Shown here: positions 25,121-31,637 of the stretch, one piece after another
Numbering within the stretch: the stretch's first letter is position 1
Layout: each line of letters opens with the position of its first letter
Virus record (IMG/VR): IMGVR_UViG_3300031949_000054
Location: 1-51,926 of that record
Length of the DNA: 51,926 bases
Reading direction: 5' to 3' (one strand)
Source of the DNA: a virus
Translations under genes and position numbers: made by a program
The notes under the pieces: generated by a model
The model's database searches: none
What the model saw: the letters and a program-made list of their open reading frames with translations, nothing else
What the model was told of the DNA's origin: nothing

Positions 25121-25751
25121 GGTGGTCCTCTATCAGCTTGACGTCGTCGAAGCCATAGACCGTGTTGCTTTTCAGCAGGTGGTACTGGTGAAAGATGTCA
25201 CAGTCTTCGGTGGTTGTCACTCGGATTCCGCGGCCCTCGGCCACGCCGCACCAGTACTCGAGGCACGCCCTGGCGCTGATGGGCTCGGCGCGCCAGCTGT
25301 CCAGGGCAAGGCCGATCCCGTGTAAGGCGATCTCTGCCGCGCCCTCCAGGATTGCGTATGCGACCAGCATGTCGAAACTGCCGGCGTGGTAGCGGCCTCC
25401 GCGTGGGGTGAGGCGGAGGAGGTCATTCACCGGGAATAGGACCTCGTTCTCGAGGAGCCCGTGCCAGGTGTCGACCACGTACACCGGGATCTTGGGGTTC
25501 GCCTTGGAGAAGGCGGTGTCCCAGACGATGTATTCGTAGCAGTCTCGGTTCAGGTGCGCGAAGCGGTGCAGGTTGAACATCCTCGCCCAGCGGATGGGCT
25601 TCCAGGGCGGCTGGCGCGCGTCTGGGCGGATGGCGTTCAGGCCCCAGATCTCCCATCCCGGGCTCTCGTGGCGGCCGGTGAAGTACTGCTCCTTCGCGGC
25701 GCCGCCGATGATGGCGACCTTCAGGGCGGGGTTCTTCTTTCTTCCGAACAT
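25086..25751 (-). CDS. Paralog B of the Rossmann-like putative nonulosonate transferase (hypothesis)
   Basis: Real start taken at MFGRKKNPALKVAIIGGAAKE (ATG 25751). The upstream 142 codons of the track ORF are Arg/Pro noise. WEIWGLN..FNLHRF..GSFDMLVAYAILEGAAEIALHGIGLA aligns with 13482..14552. Confidence 0.55.
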   Translation of the reverse strand: MFGRKKNPALKVAIIGGAAKEQYFTGRHESPGWEIWGLNAIRPDARQPPWKPIRWARMFNLHRFAHLNRDCYEYIVWDTAFSKANPKIPVYVVDTWHGLLENEVLFPVNDLLRLTPRGGRYHAGSFDMLVAYAILEGAAEIALHGIGLALDSWRAEPISARACLEYWCGVAEGRGIRVTTTEDCDIFHQYHLLKSNTVYGFDDVKLIEDHHENRNHPRPGR

Positions 25752-25762
25752 CGTCTTTCTCC

Positions 25763-26149
25763 CTATCTCGAGGCGAGCTCTTGCACCGCCTGCAGCACCT
25801 GGTCGACCACGTGGGCGGCCTGGTAGGCGGGTTTCTTGCGGTCGCGCTCCATGCTGGTAAGCATCAGGGTCACGCGGGTGATCAGCTTGTCGCGCATCCT
25901 GGTGGCGGCGTAGGCCATGCGCTCTGGCTTGGTGATCAGGCGCTGGACGCGGTCGGCCTCGGCGGTCATCGCGTCGGCTACGTTCCGGGCACCGACCGGG
26001 TCGAAGGCGACCCAGAGCTTGGGCTCGGGGAAGCGCAGGATCACCTTGCCGCGCTCCGAGAGCACGCCGACCTCCGTCGGCCCGCTCCCTCCGGCGCCGA
26101 TCAGTGGGGGCGGGGTGTCGTCGCGGGGTTCGCTTCCGTTGATTCCCAT
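25763..26149 (-). CDS. Hypothetical protein
   Basis: 128-aa ORF. No motif recognised. Confidence 0.55.
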   Translation of the reverse strand: MGINGSEPRDDTPPPLIGAGGSGPTEVGVLSERGKVILRFPEPKLWVAFDPVGARNVADAMTAEADRVQRLITKPERMAYAATRMRDKLITRVTLMLTSMERDRKKPAYQAAHVVDQVLQAVQELASR

Positions 26150-26409
26150 TTGAGCTCTCCGGTGATCTTGATGCCAAGGGCGCGGGCGCAGTTGATGATG
26201 TTCGTCGCGGTCGCGAGCGCGATCTCTGGGGTCCAGCTGATGTTGGTGATCGGGACGGAGAACGCCATCGTGACCTGGCCCAGCTTCTGGTCGGCGTAGA
26301 CCGCGGACTGCAGGTTTAACCGCTGGGGCGCGGGGGCCTCTTTCGCCTTGGCTGCGGCACGTTGCGCCGCGCGGGCAGCCAGCTGCTCGTGTAGGTCTTT
26401 CACGCTCAT
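26101..26409 (-). CDS. Hypothetical protein
   Basis: Start taken at MSVKDLHEQ (ATG 26409, with GGAGA 7 nt upstream). Confidence 0.5.
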   Translation of the reverse strand: MSVKDLHEQLAARAAQRAAAKAKEAPAPQRLNLQSAVYADQKLGQVTMAFSVPITNISWTPEIALATATNIINCARALGIKITGELKWESTEANPATTPRPH

Positions 26410-26527
26410 CGGAAGATCTCCATTTTGGAAAGGTCGGGGTAGTCGTCGTTTGGCAGGTCCGGGATGATATCCGGGAGGAGCGCCAGGCGCACCAGGCTGC
26501 GACCCGGCGGTCTCGGTGGCCATGTGC

Positions 26528-27745
26528 TCACGTTTCAATCACCGGACGGTAATCCCGCCAGTCTTTGTAGAGGAGATTACGCCCTCCTGGGGTTGTCCTC
26601 CAAGTAGAGGCGACTGCTGCTTGCGGATTGCGACCAGCCTCGCCCGCGTACTGCTCTGGGTTGATGGGCAGCCAGTATTTCCGGAAAGTGCCGTCTGGTT
26701 CCGGGGATCGGTTGGTGACGCAGATCCTAGCGATCGGCCGGCCAACGTTCAGGTTTTCCATGTAGAGGTCCCCGAAGAGAGGATCGCTTGCCACGGGCTT
26801 CATACCGCTGTCGAGGATGTACCGGGCCTCGCCGTAGCGCTCGATCATGATCCGGCGGACCTCGGCGTTCTTCTCGTCTGTCATATGCTTGAGCGTGATC
26901 CACTCCGGCTTGACAACCACGAAGGCTGGCACGAGAACTCCGTGCCAGAAGTAGAGGTTTTCGATGTCGGACTCCAGGGCTGCGGATCGGTCGTTGTGCA
27001 GCCTTCGGCCGTTCGGCGTTTGTTCGACGTGGACCGTAGGCTTCGCGACCCAGTAGAGGGTGTCCTCGGTCCAGTGCAATATCCAAGCGCCAGCAAGGAA
27101 GGCCTCGAGTAGCGGGTCGGCCCAAGCCCTGACTTGCGGCGGGGGGGTTCCGAATGCCGTGGTGACGATCCAGGATAGGTCGAATCTCCACCAACCCCAG
27201 CCGTATGCCTGGATGCACCACGCCGCGAAGCGGTGAAGTGAAGTAAATGCGGCGCGGACGTCGCCGTCGGCGAGGGCGTCGCGGGCGGCGCGGGCGTCGC
27301 GGGCGTCGCGGGCGGCGAGGGCGTCGCGGGCGGCGCGGGCGGCGAGGGCGGCGAGGGCGTCGAGGGCGTCGCGGGCGTCGAGGGCGTCGCGGGCGTCGCG
27401 GGCGTCGAGGGCGTCGCGGGCGTCGCGGGCGGCGAGGGCGTCGCGGGCGGCGAGGGCGTCGAACTCGCGCGCGGCGAGGGCGGCGAGGGCGGCGAGGGCG
27501 TCGCGGGCGGCGAGGGCGGCGATTGATGGATAGGGTTTCACGATGTCATCGAGCACTTGGTTAACATATTTTTTGAGCGATGGCTCGGTTTCCAGGTCCC
27601 AGTCGATCGGAAGCCGCTTGATCGTCCGGTTTATGTTGAGCGCGCGAAGATAGGTCCCCAGGTGCTGCTCGACGAGGACAGCATCGAGCACACCCGGGTA
27701 ATCACACGCGGCGTCGTAGCGCTTCCGAAGTTCAGTCTGCGACAC
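26528..27745 (-). CDS. Repeat-containing protein: an Ala-rich (A-[L/R]-[A/D]) tripeptide array followed by a conserved bacterial-type domain of unknown function
   Basis: GTG start at 27745 overlaps the end of 27732..28073. The C-terminal ..GRRLHNDRSAALESDIENLYFWHGVLVP..EKNAEVRRIMIERYG.. matches a DUF I recall (possibly DUF6745), which is often preceded by ARD/AWD-type repeats. Confidence 0.65.
   Translation of the reverse strand: MSQTELRKRYDAACDYPGVLDAVLVEQHLGTYLRALNINRTIKRLPIDWDLETEPSLKKYVNQVLDDIVKPYPSIAALAARDALAALAALAAREFDALAARDALAARDARDALDARDARDALDARDALDALAALAARAARDALAARDARDARAARDALADGDVRAAFTSLHRFAAWCIQAYGWGWWRFDLSWIVTTAFGTPPPQVRAWADPLLEAFLAGAWILHWTEDTLYWVAKPTVHVEQTPNGRRLHNDRSAALESDIENLYFWHGVLVPAFVVVKPEWITLKHMTDEKNAEVRRIMIERYGEARYILDSGMKPVASDPLFGDLYMENLNVGRPIARICVTNRSPEPDGTFRKYWLPINPEQYAGEAGRNPQAAVASTWRTTPGGRNLLYKDWRDYRPVIET
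27269..27517. repeat. In-frame tandem array: 26 units of 9 bp (G[G/T]CG[A/C]GGGC on the plus strand) plus one 15-bp variant unit
   Basis: Parsed unit by unit: 21 units (27269-27457), then gtcgaactcgcgcgc (27458-27472), then 5 units (27473-27517). Seven of the nine positions are invariant in all units. Confidence 0.95.
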
Positions 27746-28073
27746 GGCGAACCTCCGGACCGAAGTCCTCGACCTGGAAGGCTTGGCGGTAGATGCCCTT
27801 ATCAAGGACGATCGCGGCGTGCTCCTCGTGTTTGAGTGTGACTCGCTCGAGCACCTGCAGGTAGCGCTCGGCGCCGGCGTCCCAGTAGCGGACCTTGTGC
27901 TGCTCCTTCTTCGGGACATCAATGCGGTGAGCGTGTCCGGTGACCTCGCCGTAGGCGAGGACGATGCCTCGGGCTTCCGGTTTGATTTCTTTTGCGCCCT
28001 CTGGGATGGTGGCGAGGGTGGTAAGTACGAGGGCGACGTCGCCCTGCCGATACGTCGTTGTGGCTCGTTTCAT
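27732..28073 (-). CDS. Conserved phage hypothetical protein (small beta-barrel type)
   Basis: 113-aa ORF. RQGDVALV..VLAYGEVTGHAHRI..LKHEEHAAIVL is a pattern I recall from many phage ORFs of unknown function. Confidence 0.65.
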   Translation of the reverse strand: MKRATTTYRQGDVALVLTTLATIPEGAKEIKPEARGIVLAYGEVTGHAHRIDVPKKEQHKVRYWDAGAERYLQVLERVTLKHEEHAAIVLDKGIYRQAFQVEDFGPEVRRVAD

Positions 28074-28103
28074 GGTGGGCTCCTTTGCTTCGGTTAGTCG
28101 GTT

Positions 28104-28619
28104 TTATGCGTGCTGCTCATACCCGTAGCGGGCGATCATGATGGCCTCGGCGCGGTTGTGGTCCATCACGCGCGTGAGCGGGGCCTGCGGGTAGAGGCGC
28201 TGGGCGCGCGCCCGCACCACGCCCTTGTTCTTCGCGCCGCCCGGGAGGCCGAGCGCCTTCTTCCAGGTGACGGGGGTGACCATCCGGAGAGGAAAGCCGA
28301 GCGCCACAACGACGCCCTCAAGTATCCCTGCGGTATGCCCCAGGCTAAAAGTACTCGAGCTCCCCTGTGGCTTATTGCCCGGAATGCGGAAAGGGGCCTG
28401 GTGCTCCAGCACCACAAGGATTTCGACGGTGTCGTATCCACGGGTCCATCCTTTCAGGAGTTGGGTGACGGCGGCGGCGTTCACCTGGTTCTTCACCTTG
28501 CCTGCGGCAAGCGCGCGCTGCATGACCGGCATGTCTTCGACGTGCTCAAGGCCGCCAGGTCCGACGACGGCGAGGGCGCCGGTCAGGCCGGGGTCGATCC
28601 CGATCACGTGCAGGCTCAT
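28104..28619 (-). CDS. RuvC-like Holliday junction resolvase
   Basis: 171-aa ORF. N-terminal VIGIDPGLTGALAVV catalytic-Asp motif. The size fits. Confidence 0.8.
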   Translation of the reverse strand: MSLHVIGIDPGLTGALAVVGPGGLEHVEDMPVMQRALAAGKVKNQVNAAAVTQLLKGWTRGYDTVEILVVLEHQAPFRIPGNKPQGSSSTFSLGHTAGILEGVVVALGFPLRMVTPVTWKKALGLPGGAKNKGVVRARAQRLYPQAPLTRVMDHNRAEAIMIARYGYEQHA

Positions 28620-29188
28620 ACCGTCTGCTCCCGGTCGGTCGGTTCTGGTGTCTTTTCCTGCTGGGCACGCTTTGCGTCTTTCTTTGCCTTCTGGGCGTGG
28701 AACTCCTGGACGGCCAGGCTTCTGAGTGGTCTTGACTCCGACTTATCCACAGGGTGTTCCGGGTAAAGCGTTTGGTTAGTACTTGGTTCGGGGGACATAG
28801 CTGTGTCACTACTTTTTGTCGATTCTGTCACCACTTTTTGGCCTCCGGTGTCACCCCCCGATTTGTCAGGTGACAACTTGTCACCCCCCTCTGTGGATAA
28901 CTTGTCTGGGGAGAAAAGGGGCAGGTTTTGGCGCATTCTTATCTGGAAGAGATTGGTGCCCTTTGGGCCCTCGTTTACCCTGACCGCGAGCTCTCCGGAT
29001 GCCTCGAGCCGGCGCAACAGCCGGGACACGTGGCGGTCACTCATTCTGATGTACCTGCCCAGGGTCGAAACCGAAGGGAAGGCCACGCCCTCTTTATTGG
29101 CGATGTCGGCGATCGCTAGGAGCAGCAGGAGCTCGGCGTCGCCGTGGCTCGAGTGCTCCCAGACGTAGGCGGTGACGTAGACGCTCAT
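28616..29188 (-). CDS. Replication-initiator-like helix-turn-helix protein (lambda O / DnaD-like N-terminal HTH)
   Basis: 190-aa ORF. ..LLLLAIADIANKEGVAFPSVSTLGRYIRMSDRHVSRLLRRLEASGEL.. is wHTH-like. It is followed by a low-complexity linker that is encoded by the iteron-like DNA. Confidence 0.55.
   Translation of the reverse strand: MSVYVTAYVWEHSSHGDAELLLLLAIADIANKEGVAFPSVSTLGRYIRMSDRHVSRLLRRLEASGELAVRVNEGPKGTNLFQIRMRQNLPLFSPDKLSTEGGDKLSPDKSGGDTGGQKVVTESTKSSDTAMSPEPSTNQTLYPEHPVDKSESRPLRSLAVQEFHAQKAKKDAKRAQQEKTPEPTDREQTV
28804..28906. repeat. Iteron-like cluster (candidate replication origin) inside the initiator-like gene
   Basis: TGTCACTACTTTTTG (28804-28818) and TGTCACCACTTTTTG (28826-28840). 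TGTCACCCCCC occurs twice (28849-28859 and 28879-28889). Palindrome TTGTCAggTGACAA at 28863-28876. AACTTGTC occurs twice. Seven TGTC cores lie within ~100 bp of locally AT-richer DNA. Confidence 0.5.
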
Positions 29189-29370
29189 GGTTTCACGTGG
29201 TCAATCGGAAAGCGGTTGCGGATCACCCTGCCGAACTCGGTGCGAAGCATGCGTAGTTCAGCAGCCAGGCGTTTGCGGTACGCGCGTTGCTCACGCCGAT
29301 GGCAGGCGTGGCAGTAGCGCTGGGGGTGGCGCTTATTTGGCCCATCGCAGCTCGAGCAGGTGGTCTTCAT
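29185..29370 (-). CDS. Small zinc-finger protein
   Basis: 61-aa ORF (MKTTCSSCDG..RYCHACHRREQRAYRKR), with two CxxC pairs. It has 4-nt overlaps with both neighbours. Confidence 0.5.
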   Translation of the reverse strand: MKTTCSSCDGPNKRHPQRYCHACHRREQRAYRKRLAAELRMLRTEFGRVIRNRFPIDHVKP

Positions 29371-29558
29371 CCTGACTTCGCCTTGCGATACAGGCTCGGG
29401 TCGACCTGCAGCTTGCCGCCGGTGATCACCTGCAGCTTATAGGCCATTCCCTCGGGCACGATGTCGGGCCATTCGTTGATTGCTTGTGGCGACCGGCCGA
29501 TTGCACGCGCAATCTCCGCTGCTCCGCCGAAATGCTTCAGTGCGGTTTCCTTCAGCAT
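29367..29558 (-). CDS. Cro/YdaS-like HTH transcriptional regulator
   Basis: 63-aa ORF (..FGGAAEIARAIGRSPQAINEW..). It is the first gene of the leftward operon, next to the divergent promoters. Confidence 0.65.
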   Translation of the reverse strand: MLKETALKHFGGAAEIARAIGRSPQAINEWPDIVPEGMAYKLQVITGGKLQVDPSLYRKAKSG

Positions 29559-29565
29559 GGCAGGT

Positions 29566-29595
29566 ATCCTACCGTCTGGTATTCCCGCTTGTCAA
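29566..29595 (-). promoter_or_regulatory. Putative leftward sigma70-type promoter
   Basis: On the minus strand: TTGACA (29595-29590), an 18-nt spacer, then TAGGAT (29571-29566). The -10 ends 7 nt before the ATG at 29558, so the mRNA may be leaderless or nearly so. Confidence 0.45.
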
Positions 29596-29603
29596 CAGAA
29601 AAC

Positions 29604-29633
29604 TTGACAGCGGCTTTCCGGCATGCCTATCAT
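29604..29633 (+). promoter_or_regulatory. Putative rightward sigma70-type promoter
   Basis: TTGACA (29604-29609), an 18-nt spacer, then TATCAT (29628-29633). Its -35 forms an inverted repeat with the leftward -35 (TTGTCAAcagaaaacTTGACA). Confidence 0.5.
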
Positions 29634-29678
29634 TCTCCTGTGGCGCCTGATCCCCAGGCGTAGAACCAGGAGATACCG

Positions 29679-29870
29679 ATGGCCACCCGCAAACTTCCCG
29701 AGCACTACTTCCGCTTCATCTGTTTCGAATCACTGCGCACCGCACGCTCGTTCGTGCGGGGTTACTGCGTGCCGCGCGTTGTGGCCCGGGTGCCGAGCGC
29801 GCGCCGCTTCCCATTCGTAATCTGTCACCCTCGCACGGCCTCGCGGCTCGGCTGGAAGGTGGCATCATGA
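29679..29870 (+). CDS. Small basic Cys-containing protein, first ORF of the rightward operon
   Basis: 63-aa ORF with AGGAGA 5 nt upstream of the ATG. The stop forms an ATGA overlap with the next gene. Confidence 0.4.
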   Translation: MATRKLPEHYFRFICFESLRTARSFVRGYCVPRVVARVPSARRFPFVICHPRTASRLGWKVAS

Positions 29871-30169
29871 CCACGAACCACAAACCGGCTACAGCGCTGC
29901 CGATCTGGAAACAGCTTAACAAGCTGTCCCACGAATTCGGCTATGACTCGCCGAGAGCTGTTCTACTCGGCAACGCCGCCCAGTTGCTCACCAAACAAGA
30001 GCGGGCTGTGAAAGCGCTCCGTGTTCTTACGGGGTTGTGCGAGAACGTCCCGGTTTTCCTGTTGGATGACGGGAAAGCAACCGTCAAAGCTATTCGCCTA
30101 GCGGGGAAATTTACAGGGGCGATGAACGTATCTCGCGCCGTCCTGCACGAACTCGGGGAGGCGTCATGA
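29867..30169 (+). CDS. Hypothetical protein
   Basis: 100-aa ORF, coupled to both neighbours by ATGA overlaps. Confidence 0.6.
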   Translation: MTTNHKPATALPIWKQLNKLSHEFGYDSPRAVLLGNAAQLLTKQERAVKALRVLTGLCENVPVFLLDDGKATVKAIRLAGKFTGAMNVSRAVLHELGEAS

Positions 30170-30693
30170 GCGCCCCAAACTGCACGCGCTGCGGGCGCGG
30201 TCTGAAGGATCCCGCATCGATCGAACGTGGCATGGGTCCGGTGTGCGCCGCGCAGCAGGCGATTGCCCAGGTGGCGGATAACGAGCAGCCGGTCCTGCTA
30301 GTCGGCGCCCTCGAGGATGTTGGCCTCGTATGTGGGCGGCGTCCGGATGGGCGGCTCGCGACCAACGTCGCACAGCGGTTCGTCTGGCATAGCCCCACTG
30401 GATTCGAGTGCGGGTATGGTGGCTCTGGGCCTGCTGATCTTGCGCTGAACGTGCTCGCGGCTCTGGTGCCGGTTGGGTCCGACGGTGCCGAGGGCTGGAC
30501 CATCTTCGACAAGCAGAAAGTCAGCGCCACTGCGGGACTGCTGCACCAGGATTTCAAGGACGAGTTCATCGCAAGGCTGCCGCGGCAGGGCGGGACGGTG
30601 TCGATCGCCGACATACGGGCGTGGCTCGACGCTGCTCGGCAGAAAGAACACTTCCGCGAGCGCATCGGCCCCTACCAATTGGTGGCGGCATGA
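30166..30693 (+). CDS. Hypothetical protein with an N-terminal CxxC..GxGPxC zinc-ribbon-like motif
   Basis: 175-aa ORF. CTRCGRGLKDPASIERGMGPVC (recalled as the DUF6011-type motif), and GYGGSGPADLALNVL in the C-terminal half. Confidence 0.6.
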   Translation: MSAPNCTRCGRGLKDPASIERGMGPVCAAQQAIAQVADNEQPVLLVGALEDVGLVCGRRPDGRLATNVAQRFVWHSPTGFECGYGGSGPADLALNVLAALVPVGSDGAEGWTIFDKQKVSATAGLLHQDFKDEFIARLPRQGGTVSIADIRAWLDAARQKEHFRERIGPYQLVAA

Positions 30694-30793
30694 ACTTCTA
30701 TCGCGACTTTTCCCCCAGCGAGTTGCTGATCCTGATGCTCGCTGGGGTTGCTCTTGGAGTGGCAGTGCCGTGGTAGTGGAAAAAGGAGGCGCC

Positions 30794-31066
30794 ATGCAAG
30801 CGATCGCACGCGTATTCGTTTCCGAACACCGCAAGCCCGTACCGTTCGCCCTCGTGTTTGTTGCCGTCTTTTGTACCACGACCGGGTTCCTCATCGGGGA
30901 CTGGACCGCCGAGCCGCGCTTCGCCGAGCGGGAGGATTCGCTCAAGAGCTACGTCGCCGGGGTCCGGGACGACGTCGAGCGCTTGCGCGACTCGCTCAAG
31001 GCCGGCTGCTACCAGTTCATCGATCCGACCAAGCCGCGCAGTTCCACCTTTGCCACCACCATGTAG
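30794..31066 (+). CDS. Small membrane protein
   Basis: ATG 30794 lies 5 nt after AAGGAGG. It has one hydrophobic helix (PFALVFVAVFCTTTGFLIG). The upstream part of the track ORF 30473..31066 was rejected. Confidence 0.55.
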   Translation: MQAIARVFVSEHRKPVPFALVFVAVFCTTTGFLIGDWTAEPRFAEREDSLKSYVAGVRDDVERLRDSLKAGCYQFIDPTKPRSSTFATTM

Positions 31067-31080
31067 AAGGAGGCCGCAAG

Positions 31081-31326
31081 ATGACCACCGAGTTCACCCT
31101 CACCGATAAGGCCCTGCTCATGCGCGCCGCGCGCGAGTTCGACGCTCGAGCGCAGGCGCTCTACGACTCCCACGGGGGCCTGTGGAACGCCTCCCAGAAG
31201 AAGTGGGCCGAGGACAAGCGCGAGCACGATCGGCTACGCCGCGATGCTCACGATCTGCGCACGTTGGCGAAGCGATTGTCGGCGCCGATCAACGCGCTCG
31301 AAATCCACCGGCAGGGGAAGCCATGA
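31081..31326 (+). CDS. Hypothetical protein
   Basis: ATG 31081 lies 7 nt after GAAGGAGG. 81 aa, helical. Confidence 0.55.
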   Translation: MTTEFTLTDKALLMRAAREFDARAQALYDSHGGLWNASQKKWAEDKREHDRLRRDAHDLRTLAKRLSAPINALEIHRQGKP

Positions 31327-31637
31327 AGGGCATCTTCTCCCCCGCGCAGCGGAAGATCCTCTATCGGCTCCGCGAGGAAGGCGGGGTGATCGAGCGCCGG
31401 CGCGGGAACCTCGGCGCGCGGTACTGGAACAACTACTGGACGGGGGTCGGGCAGCCCGCCTTTCCGGCCTGGTACGCGCAGGGGCACACGATCAAGTCCC
31501 TGGTCGCCCACGGGGCGCTCGTGGTGCTCGCCTCCGACAAGGATGGCCTGGTGCGCTGCAGGCTCTCCGATGCGCTCCGCGCCGCGCCCTCGGTCCCGAT
31601 CGGCCCCGCGGCGAGGGCGGTGTCCGCCCATGGCTGA
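31323..31637 (+). CDS. Hypothetical protein
   Basis: ATG 31323 forms an ATGA overlap with the previous stop. 104 aa. Confidence 0.55.
   Translation: MKGIFSPAQRKILYRLREEGGVIERRRGNLGARYWNNYWTGVGQPAFPAWYAQGHTIKSLVAHGALVVLASDKDGLVRCRLSDALRAAPSVPIGPAARAVSAHG

Noticed and set aside
25752-26177. N-terminal 142 codons of the 363-aa track ORF 25086..26177
   Set aside because: The sequence is Arg/Pro/Gly-rich noise and overlaps the better ORF 25763..26149 in another frame. The protein-like sequence begins at MFGRKKNPALKV (ATG 25751).
27269-27517. Possible CRISPR array or DGR variable region
   Set aside because: It is not CRISPR: the units are 9 bp and contiguous, with no spacers. It is not a DGR: I found no reverse transcriptase or template repeat in the genome, and the variable sites are not adenine-specific.
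27247-27564. 105-aa plus-strand ORF made of RRG/RGR repeats
   Set aside because: It is simply the reverse-strand reading of the 9-bp tandem array. The minus-strand frame continues into a conserved domain and is the coding frame.
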